Assembly: GCA_043808785.1 (NCBI GenBank)
Contig: JAZDEL010000001.1
Coordinates: 60,001-92,000, forward strand
Direction of reading: 5' to 3'
DNA: 32,000 nt
Source: Candidatus Iainarchaeum sp.
GTDB taxonomy: Archaea; Iainarchaeota; Iainarchaeia; Iainarchaeales; JAZDEL01
The notes below the pieces were generated by a model. That model was given only the letters and a program-made list of their open reading frames with translations, was not told where the DNA came from and did no database searches. The position numbers and the translations under genes were made by a program. Shown here in pieces: positions 8,615 to 15,524 of the stretch (its first letter is position 1; each line of letters starts with the position of its first letter).

Positions 8615-9958
8615 TTGGTGGGCAATGAAAACGGAACATCGGCAATCGAGAAGGCAAAAAACGGCGGCGTGAAGTTCGTGCAATTGCAGTTCACGGACCT
8701 TTTCGGCGCGATTAAGGAGGTGACAATTCCCGCGCGCCACCTTCAGGAAAGCATAGAGAAGGGCACATGGTTCGACGGCAGTTCCATAGAGGGCTTCGCG
8801 CGCATTTGTGAGTCGGACATGTACCTGAAGCCGGATGAAAGCACGTATGCCGTGATGCCCTTCGCGGGGCCGAACGGAAAAACCGCGCGCCTCATCTGCG
8901 ACGTTTACTCCCCGAACGGAAAGCCATTTCCCTGCGACCCGCGCAACATACTGAAAAATACTCTCGCAAAGGCGCGGGAAATGGGCTTCACATATAACAC
9001 AGGGCCCGAGCTTGAATTTTTCCTTTTCAGGAGGGAAAACGGCATCCCCACGGGCGTGATGCACGATTCCGCGGGTTACTTCGACCTTTCGACCTTAGAC
9101 CTTGCCTCGGGCATAAGAAGGGAGATTGCCGTGGCGCTCGAGGCGTTCGGCATAGATGTGGAGATGGCGCACCACGAGGTTGCGGAAGGGCAGCACGAGA
9201 TAGGCTTCAGGTATGCTGACGCCCTAACAACAGCGGACCGCGCCCTCACGCTGAAATTCGTTGTGAAATCAATTGCAAACTCACACGGCCTGCACGCAAG
9301 CTTCATGCCCAAGCCGGTTTTCGGGATAAACGGCAGCGGAATGCACGTGCACCAGAGCCTTTTTGCGGGGGGCGGCACTAACGCCTTTTACTCCGCGGAT
9401 TCAAAATACAAGCTTTCCGAAACAGCGCTCTCTTTCATTGCGGGGCAATTGAAGCACGCGCGCGAGTTTTCCGCCGTAACCGCGCCCACGGTGAACAGCT
9501 ACAAGCGCCTTGTTCCCGGTTATGAGGCTCCCGTTTACATTTGCTGGGGGCAGGTGAACCGCTCCGCACTTATCCGCGTTCCCTCATGCCCCAAAGGCAG
9601 GGAGCAGTCTGTGCGCGCGGAACTGCGCTGCCCAGACCCCTCATGCAACCCTTACCTTGCTTTTGCCGCGATGCTTGCCGCGGGGCTTGACGGGATTGAA
9701 AAGTGCCTTGCCCCTCCCGGGCCCGTGGAGGAGGATGTTTACGGGTTCAGCAGCGAGAAGCTGGAAAGCAGCGGCATAGCAACATTGCCCGGCTCCCTGA
9801 ATGATGCCGTGCGCGAGTTCGGAAAAAGCGGGCTCATGCGCGAAGTTTTCGGTGAAAGTGCGTTTTCAAAATACGTGCGCGCAAAGGAAGCGGAGTGGGG
9901 CGAATACAGGATTCACGTCACGGACTGGGAAAAGGAAAAGTATTTCGGGAAAACCTAG
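8615..9958 (+). CDS. glnA: glutamine synthetase, type I
   Basis: 447 aa with the beta-grasp N-domain (VKFVQLQFTDLFG) and catalytic motifs (MAHHEVAEGQHEI, NGSGMHVHQSLF, NSYKRLVPGYEAP, NRSALIRVP). TTG 8615 or GTG 8618 follows AGGAGG. Confidence 0.95.
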   Translation: MVGNENGTSAIEKAKNGGVKFVQLQFTDLFGAIKEVTIPARHLQESIEKGTWFDGSSIEGFARICESDMYLKPDESTYAVMPFAGPNGKTARLICDVYSPNGKPFPCDPRNILKNTLAKAREMGFTYNTGPELEFFLFRRENGIPTGVMHDSAGYFDLSTLDLASGIRREIAVALEAFGIDVEMAHHEVAEGQHEIGFRYADALTTADRALTLKFVVKSIANSHGLHASFMPKPVFGINGSGMHVHQSLFAGGGTNAFYSADSKYKLSETALSFIAGQLKHAREFSAVTAPTVNSYKRLVPGYEAPVYICWGQVNRSALIRVPSCPKGREQSVRAELRCPDPSCNPYLAFAAMLAAGLDGIEKCLAPPGPVEEDVYGFSSEKLESSGIATLPGSLNDAVREFGKSGLMREVFGESAFSKYVRAKEAEWGEYRIHVTDWEKEKYFGKT

Positions 9959-9989
9959 TATTTAATTCGTTTTGCACGCCAAATTCAGC

Positions 9990-10253
9990 ATGCCGCACGC
10001 CACGAACGAAAAAATAAGCGCAATCCTCTCGCGCAACGCGCGCGTGGAGCGTGACAAGGCATGGGAGGTAAGCAAAACAAGGCGCGCGATTATTGCCGTT
10101 GCGACCTACCTCGTGATTCTGTATTTCCTCCTCCTCATAAACGCCCCGAACCCCTACACAAACGCGCTTGTTCCCGCCGCTGCCTACCTGCTCTCGACCC
10201 TCTCCCTGCCCTTCATAAAAAAATGGTGGGAAAAGGAATTTTACAAGGGTTAA
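9990..10253 (+). CDS. small membrane protein, unknown function
   Basis: Two hydrophobic helices. ATG 9990 is in frame with the ORF-track TTG at 9972. Confidence 0.5.
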   Translation: MPHATNEKISAILSRNARVERDKAWEVSKTRRAIIAVATYLVILYFLLLINAPNPYTNALVPAAAYLLSTLSLPFIKKWWEKEFYKG

Positions 10254-10294
10254 GCAAGGATTTTACAAAGGTTAAACGCGCTGTTGTGGTTTGC

Positions 10295-10651
10295 ATGGAA
10301 AAGAAAAATCTCCGTTTCTGGTTCCGCCTTGCGATGATTCCGCTGTTTCTCATCCTGTTCTGGCAGCTCGGCCTGCCTTTCGAGGCGCTTGTTGTGCTCG
10401 GCGCGATAATGCTTGTGCTTGTGCTGATGAGGGGAAAAATGTGGCGCGCTGCGGACCGTGCTGTCGAGCGCTGGCTGCCGTTCACAAAAAAGTGGCCCGA
10501 CTGGGGGAGAAAGGTTGTTGTGGTGCTTGTGTTCATTGTCGCGCTCGCGCTGCTGAAGCAGATAGTTTATTTCCTGCTCTCGCTTGCGGGAATCGACGTG
10601 CAGCGAATAATGATTGATGCGGTGAAGCAGGGAAGCGTTCAGGGCGCGTGA
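10295..10651 (+). CDS. membrane protein, unknown function (about 4 TM)
   Basis: MEKKNLRFWFRLAMIPLFLILFW... The ORF-track start at 10061 overlaps the previous gene, so ATG 10295 is preferred. Confidence 0.55.
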   Translation: MEKKNLRFWFRLAMIPLFLILFWQLGLPFEALVVLGAIMLVLVLMRGKMWRAADRAVERWLPFTKKWPDWGRKVVVVLVFIVALALLKQIVYFLLSLAGIDVQRIMIDAVKQGSVQGA

Positions 10652-10672
10652 TTTGCTTATCGGCCTTTGGGC

Positions 10673-10951
10673 TCACTTCTGCCTCTGCTTCGGCAGCATC
10701 ACTTCAGTGTTCGCGTCGTTAACGAAATTCGCCATCTTTTCCGAAACAGGGCGGAAGGGCTGTGCAGCCATTTCACGCCCTTCCGCGCCGTTGTCGCCGT
10801 GCTGCCTTACTGTTCCCGGGATGTAAACGGCCTTCCCCTTGAGCATATCGAGCCCCGAAACCTGGAAAAGGCTTCTGCACTTCTGCGAGCAGAAAACATT
10901 GTCACCCTTAACTTCATAAATTATCCCGCAGCGCGGGCACATCTTTTTCAT
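10673..10951 (-). CDS. zinc-ribbon protein with CxxC...FCSxxC (zf-FCS/TRASH-like) motif
   Basis: The N-terminus MKKMCPRCGIIYEVKGDNVFCSQKCRSLF carries the motif. The rest of the protein is low complexity. Confidence 0.6.
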   Translation of the reverse strand: MKKMCPRCGIIYEVKGDNVFCSQKCRSLFQVSGLDMLKGKAVYIPGTVRQHGDNGAEGREMAAQPFRPVSEKMANFVNDANTEVMLPKQRQK

Positions 10952-11136
10952 ATTTACACCCGTTATCCGAATGCCGATTGCCGCCTGAATTATGTTCGGA
11001 AATTATTAAATAACCCCCGCTCCAGTGAGGAAGCCGGGCACGCCGGGCTGGATGAACCGTATCCCCCGCGCGATTGTGACCATGCCCCTCGTTGTGGAAA
11101 GCACCATTGCCCCCCGAAAAGGAAAAGTCGGGGCCT

Positions 11137-11316
11137 TCAGTCGCCGCTTATGTACATGTCCCTGCACCTTGGGCTGCAGAACCTGTGGGCATATAGGCTG
11201 CCGGACTGTTCGGCCAGCTCATTGCCGCAGTTCATGCATTTCGGCGCGCCCCTGCTGTATGCAAAGGTGCCGTTGTTCGCAGCCCTGTCGGAATACCGCT
11301 TGTTAACATAATTCAT
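11137..11316 (-). CDS. zinc-ribbon protein with CxxC...FCSxxC (zf-FCS/TRASH-like) motif, 59 aa
   Basis: MNYVNKRYSDRAANNGTFAYSRGAPKCMNCGNELAEQSGSLYAHRFCSPRCRDMYISGD. GGAGG lies 7 nt before ATG 11316, and the ORF-track start at 11367 is likely too early. Confidence 0.6.
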   Translation of the reverse strand: MNYVNKRYSDRAANNGTFAYSRGAPKCMNCGNELAEQSGSLYAHRFCSPRCRDMYISGD

Positions 11317-11339
11317 TGTCCCGCCTCCATGAACGGATT

Positions 11340-11426
11340 TTAATAGTCGTCGTCCGCGTCCTCGCAATCGCCGCCGAACGAATCGTCATCGCCGTCGTCG
11401 CCAAACTGCCGGATTATTTTTGCCAT
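11340..11426 (-). CDS. acidic micro-ORF 1 (28 aa): MAKIIRQFGDDGDDDSFGGDCEDADDDY
   Basis: My own translation; the ORF is below the track's size cutoff. It ends 23 nt before the zinc-ribbon gene start. Shares MAK..F..DDDSF..D-rich features with micro-ORF 2. Only a weak G-run precedes the ATG. Confidence 0.4.
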   Translation of the reverse strand: MAKIIRQFGDDGDDDSFGGDCEDADDDY

Positions 11427-11550
11427 TTAACGCCCCCCGCCGGGATTTATGTGCCAAAAGCCGGGCGGCAAGCCCTGCCTGTGCACAACAATCTATGCCC
11501 CATATCGGATATTTAAAAATATTGTTGGGCCGGGCGTATGCGGTAAGATA

Positions 11551-11582
11551 TAAAAAAAGGCGGGAAGGCACATAAGTGCCTT
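11551..11582 (-). terminator. hairpin AAGGCAC-ttat-GTGCCTT followed by a T7 run (minus strand)
   Basis: 7-bp stem at 11565-11582 and an A7 run at 11552-11558 on the plus strand, 46 nt downstream of the micro-ORF 2 stop. Confidence 0.45.
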
Positions 11583-11627
11583 CGGAGCATAAGCAACGCA
11601 CGGCTCCGGAAAGCCTTGCACGGCTTG

Positions 11628-11729
11628 TCAGATTTCCTCGTCTGAGCTCTCGTCGCCGTCGTCGTCGAAAGAATCGTCGTCGTCGAACTCCTCTTCTTCC
11701 TCTTCCAGCACCTTCTTTTCCTTAGCCAT
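11628..11729 (-). CDS. acidic micro-ORF 2 (33 aa): MAKEKKVLEEEEEEFDDDDSFDDDGDESSDEEI
   Basis: My own translation; the ORF is below the track's size cutoff. AGGAGG lies 8 nt upstream of ATG 11729 (revcomp of ttcctcctt) and it has its own hairpin/oligo-T terminator. Confidence 0.5.
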   Translation of the reverse strand: MAKEKKVLEEEEEEFDDDDSFDDDGDESSDEEI

Positions 11730-11947
11730 GGGTTTTTCCTCCTTGCAGGTGTATTTACAATCTTTCTGTTGCCGTATTGGGCTGCGGGATTTTCGGGGAA
11801 TTCCCGAACCAGCTTACCATATTCCCCCCGCTGTATTGTATTTAAATATATTGTTCGCGGCGCCCGGCCCGCACTTTCCCCCCCGGAAAACTCCGCAAGC
11901 CGTGCCGGAATGAACCGCGGAAACGCACGCGAATTTATTTTTTCCGC

Positions 11948-12053
11948 AAAAAAAATGCGGCGTTCAAAAAAATCCCTGAGTTTCCGAAAAAAAAATCCCG
12001 CGGTTCAAAAAAATCCGCGGTTTCGGGAAAAAATAATCTATTTTCAAAAAAAA
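11948..12053. repeat. six phased A-tracts (A6-A9) forming a degenerate ~20-bp tandem repeat, A(n)-TCCGCGG-TTTC-like units
   Basis: A-runs start at 11948, 11966, 11987, 12007, 12028 and 12046, giving spacings of 18, 21, 20, 21 and 18. Read directly from the sequence. Confidence 0.85.
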
Positions 12054-12116
12054 TTCCTGAAATTTTCCGCAACAGAAATGAATATATATCCGCACGCCCA
12101 TTATATTGCGAACACC

Positions 12117-13466
12117 ATGGCGAGCAATAACCAGAACGGCAACGGAAAGGAGCCGAAAAACCAGAACGGCAACGGAAAGCCGCCGAAAAAATTTCTTTTT
12201 GTCTCCATCGACGGCCTCATCGGCGACATCGCCTGGCAGATCGTGAAGGAGGGGCACAAGGTAAAATATTTCATCGAGTGCAAGGACGAGAAGGAAGTGG
12301 CGAGCGGCTTCGTGCCGATGGTTGATGACTGGGAAAAGGAAGTCGGCTGGGCGGACGTGATCGTTTTCGACGATGTGCTCGGCCAGGGAACCAAGGCCAA
12401 GAAACTTCGCGACGAGGGCAAGCATGTTGTCGGCGGCACTCCCTACACCGACAAGCTCGAGGACGACAGGGGTTTCGGGCAGGAGGAACTGAAGAAGGCG
12501 GGCGTGCCGATTCTTCCTTACAAAGAGTTCACATCTTTCGACGAGGCGATAAAATTCGTGCAGGACAATCCCGGAAGGTATGTGATCAAGCCGAGCGGGG
12601 AGGCGCAGAACATAAAGAGCATGCTTTTTGTCGGGGAGGACGACGAGGGAAAGGACGTCTTACAGGTGCTGAGCGACTACAACAAGGCGTGGTCGAAAAA
12701 AATCCCGGTTTTCCAATTGCAGAAGTGTGTTATGGGTGTCGAGGTTGCTGTCGGCGCCTTTTTCAACGGCAAGGAATTCATCTACCCCATAAACGTGAAC
12801 TTCGAGCACAAGAAGCTTTTCCCGGGAAACCTCGGCCCTTCGACGGGAGAAATGGGCACGCTCATGTTCTGGAGCGGCCCGAACCGCATATTCAACCAGA
12901 CGCTTAAAAAAATGGAGCCGAAACTCGCCGAGGAAAAATATGTCGGATACATAGACATAAACTGCATAGTGAACTACAACGGAATTTATCCGCTTGAATT
13001 CACCTCGCGCTTCGGCTACCCCACAATCAGCATACAGCAGGAAGGGATGATAACGCCCATAGGCGAATTCCTCTACGAGCTTGCAAAGGGCGAGGCGCCC
13101 AAATGGCGCGTAAAGAGCGGGTTCCAGATGGGCGTGAGGATTGTGGTTCCGCCATTCCCGTTTGATGACCCCGAAACCTTCAATGTGAAATCGAAGGACA
13201 CGCTGATATTCTTCAAGAAGCCCACCGATGGCATACATGTGGAGGACGTGAAGCTCGTGAACGGGGAATGGCTGATCACGGGGACGGCGGGTGTCGTTCT
13301 TATCGTCTGCGGCACAGGGCAGACCGTGAAGCAGGCACAGGCACAGGCATACGGCAGGATAAGCAACGTCATGATACCGAACATGTATTACCGCACGGAC
13401 ATCGGCGACCGCTGGTTCGAGGACAGCGACAGGCTGCATAATTGGGGCTATCTGAGGGAACTGTGA
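12117..13466 (+). CDS. PurD-like ATP-grasp ligase (phosphoribosylamine-glycine ligase family, divergent)
   Basis: Matches the PurD pattern at FEHKKLFPGNLGPSTGEMGT (cf. HKR..D.GPNTGGMG), LEFTSRFGYPT (cf. EFNCRFGDPE), the GVVLIVCGTGQTVKQAQAQAY tail and YYRTDIGDR. The N-domain lacks GGREHA. Start taken at ATG 12117, because the upstream in-frame part of the ORF-track call runs through the A-tract array. Confidence 0.8.
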   Translation: MASNNQNGNGKEPKNQNGNGKPPKKFLFVSIDGLIGDIAWQIVKEGHKVKYFIECKDEKEVASGFVPMVDDWEKEVGWADVIVFDDVLGQGTKAKKLRDEGKHVVGGTPYTDKLEDDRGFGQEELKKAGVPILPYKEFTSFDEAIKFVQDNPGRYVIKPSGEAQNIKSMLFVGEDDEGKDVLQVLSDYNKAWSKKIPVFQLQKCVMGVEVAVGAFFNGKEFIYPINVNFEHKKLFPGNLGPSTGEMGTLMFWSGPNRIFNQTLKKMEPKLAEEKYVGYIDINCIVNYNGIYPLEFTSRFGYPTISIQQEGMITPIGEFLYELAKGEAPKWRVKSGFQMGVRIVVPPFPFDDPETFNVKSKDTLIFFKKPTDGIHVEDVKLVNGEWLITGTAGVVLIVCGTGQTVKQAQAQAYGRISNVMIPNMYYRTDIGDRWFEDSDRLHNWGYLREL

Positions 13467-13505
13467 AAAGCGCGGGCAGGCTAGTGCTGTTGCAAGGTGA
13501 ACTGT

Positions 13506-13838
13506 ATGGTAAAATACAAAAAAGTCATGCATGCGGGCATCTTAAAGAATATACGATTCCACTCAGGAGTGACTGAAAAGGAGAAAGGGCAGATATTAAG
13601 GGCGCTAAGGTTAAAACTTACGGGGCTTGAAAAGTTTCCAGTGTACAAGTCCCTCCCATTTAAATACCGCATACTTGCGAACTATTTCAAGTCTAAGAAT
13701 GAGCCGGGGCTGATGAAGTATTACGCAAAATTGGCAGTTTTTGGATATTTGAAGAATGAAACTAGCCGTAATAATGCACTTGCTGTTCTGCGGGAATTTA
13801 ATATAACTGATTCTGAAATTAGAGGGAAGTTAAAATAA
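13506..13838 (+). CDS. hypothetical protein (110 aa) in an AT-rich islet
   Basis: AAGGTGA lies 5 nt before ATG 13506. Lys-rich, with no motif recognised. Confidence 0.45.
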   Translation: MVKYKKVMHAGILKNIRFHSGVTEKEKGQILRALRLKLTGLEKFPVYKSLPFKYRILANYFKSKNEPGLMKYYAKLAVFGYLKNETSRNNALAVLREFNITDSEIRGKLK

Positions 13839-14015
13839 ATTATAACAAGTAAATGCAGAGGCATGCGGATAAATACAAATCAGCCGCGATTTTACGAAAA
13901 GGAATCTGTGCCTTGTGTGATTCGCTTAGCCGTATATTGTGGACTGGCCTTAGTTAATATTTATTGAACAGTCAGCCGCAATGCCGCGCCTTGCGAAACT
14001 AGCGCAAGCGCGCCC

Positions 14016-14342
14016 CTACTCCCTGCTACCCGTGAATTTTATCTTCTTCGTTATCCCGTCCTCGCCCCAGAGGTATGTGAGTTCCACGGGCTCGCCCTGC
14101 GAAAGCCATATCCTCCTGTTGCCGGGGTTGTCGCCTTTCAGGGTGAAGAGCCTGCAGTATTCCACCAGTGCCCTGCCGCCCCTGACATCAATCAGCGTGA
14201 AAACCGCCTCGTCGTTACCGTTCGCGCGTATCCTGTCGAACTTCTCCCCGTTTGCGGCCTCGAACGAAAGCTCCCCCATCTTCTTCCTGAATGGCGGCCT
14301 CCACTGGTTCTCTATGCTCTTGACCTCGAAAATTGCCTTCAT
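14016..14342 (-). CDS. hypothetical protein (108 aa)
   Basis: MKAIFEVKSIENQWRPPF... A G-rich SD-like run precedes ATG 14342. No motif recognised. Confidence 0.5.
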   Translation of the reverse strand: MKAIFEVKSIENQWRPPFRKKMGELSFEAANGEKFDRIRANGNDEAVFTLIDVRGGRALVEYCRLFTLKGDNPGNRRIWLSQGEPVELTYLWGEDGITKKIKFTGSRE

Positions 14343-14489
14343 AACCCCGCCCCCGAACCCGCACGAATCCAAAAATCGTTTTTATATCTGATTAAGAGTG
14401 GCGAACGTTTAAATGCCTTGCTGTTCCGCGGGCGCGGAAACGGGAACAACTGAACCGAAATAAACCTTTTCCGCCGGTTGTTTTTTGTT

Positions 14490-14516
14490 TTGGCGCCAGC
14501 GAACCCGCGGCGCCAA
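14490..14516 (+). promoter_or_regulatory. strong GC hairpin (TTGGCGCC...GGCGCCAA, plus 3 inner bp) in the ~110-nt leader of the DUF475/CaCA operon, preceded by a T6GT4 tract
   Basis: Read directly from the sequence. TATA-like TTTAAAT at 14408-14414. Confidence 0.3.
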
Positions 14517-14553
14517 CAATAGGTTTATTTACCCGATACGCCAAAATAGCCTT

Positions 14554-15522
14554 ATGGACCTGCTGTCGATAATCCTTACCGTTGCGGGGCTGTGCCTGTT
14601 CGAGGCGATATGCAGCATAGACAACGCAATTATAAATGCGGATGTCCTCTCCACTATGAAGGAAAAGGCAAGGCGCTGGTTCCTGCTTTGGGGCCTGCTG
14701 TTTGCGGTTTTCATAGTGCGCGGAGTTCTGCCCTGGCTCATAGTGTGGCTTGCCACCCCCTCCCTTGGCCCTGTTGACGCGCTTTTCGCAACCTTCAGCA
14801 GCGACCCGAAGGTTATTGATGCCATCAAGGTCTCCAAGCCCGTACTGCTGATGGCGGGGGGCGTCTTCCTCGTGTTTTTGTTTTTCCACTGGCTTTTCAT
14901 GGAGCCGAAAAAATACGGGCTCAAGGGGGAGCGCTTCTTCCACGCGCAGAGCGTCTGGTTTTTCGCCGTGGTTTCCGTGCTTCTTGCCGCGATTGTGTGG
15001 TTCGCAATGCCGATGAACCAGATGATGGCTTTCGGCGCGGTTGTGGGGTCAACGGCGTTTTTCATAACCCACGGCTTCAAGCAGAACGCGGAGCAGAGCG
15101 AGAAGCGGCTTATGAAAGAAGGGCTGTCGGACATGAGCAAGATATTCTATCTCGAGGTAATCGACACGACTTTTTCGATAGACGGCGTGATAGGCGCTTT
15201 CGCGTTCACGCTATCCGTTCCGCTTATAATCCTCGGAAACGGCTTCGGCGCAGTGGTTGTGCGGCAGGTCACGATAGGGAACCTAAAGAACATAAAAAAA
15301 TACGCGTACCTCAAAAACGGCGCGATGTACTCCATACTTGTGCTCGGCACAATAATGGTTGCGGACGCGTTCGGCGCGCACATACCGAGCTGGCTCTCGC
15401 CTGTTGCGACGTTCGCTATTATAGGGTTTTTCTTTTATAAATCAGTTATGGAAAACAGGGCGAACCCAAAAGGGAACGCGGAAAGCGCCGGAAAGGCGGC
15501 GCCCTTGGAAGGGGTGAAGTAA
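14554..15522 (+). CDS. DUF475 / TerC-superfamily integral membrane protein
   Basis: MDLLSIILTVAGLCLFEAICSIDNAIINADVLSTM... is the DUF475-type N-terminal motif. Multi-TM protein. Confidence 0.8.
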   Translation: MDLLSIILTVAGLCLFEAICSIDNAIINADVLSTMKEKARRWFLLWGLLFAVFIVRGVLPWLIVWLATPSLGPVDALFATFSSDPKVIDAIKVSKPVLLMAGGVFLVFLFFHWLFMEPKKYGLKGERFFHAQSVWFFAVVSVLLAAIVWFAMPMNQMMAFGAVVGSTAFFITHGFKQNAEQSEKRLMKEGLSDMSKIFYLEVIDTTFSIDGVIGAFAFTLSVPLIILGNGFGAVVVRQVTIGNLKNIKKYAYLKNGAMYSILVLGTIMVADAFGAHIPSWLSPVATFAIIGFFFYKSVMENRANPKGNAESAGKAAPLEGVK

Positions 15523-15524
15523 CA

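Noticed and set aside
11948-12053. A-tract array as a CRISPR array or replication origin
   Set aside because: The units are only ~20 bp and degenerate, with no spacer/repeat alternation. There are no ORB-like boxes and no cdc6/orc1 gene nearby.
11769-12116. In-frame N-terminal extension of the ATP-grasp ORF (ORF-track start 11769)
   Set aside because: It would translate the phased A-tract array into poly-Lys/Phe junk (…KKMRRSKKSLSFRKKNPAVQKNPRFREKIIYFQKKF…). A TATA-like box sits about 30 nt before ATG 12117, and PurD homology begins only after 12190.
12660-13532. 290-aa minus-strand ORF
   Set aside because: It is the antisense shadow of the PurD-like gene, with His/Arg/Val-rich nonsense composition.
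14392-14553. yybP-ykoY (Mn2+) riboswitch upstream of the TerC-like gene
   Set aside because: I cannot find the conserved four-way-junction sequence blocks of that family. Only a generic hairpin and T-tract are present, and these are reported separately as a low-confidence leader.
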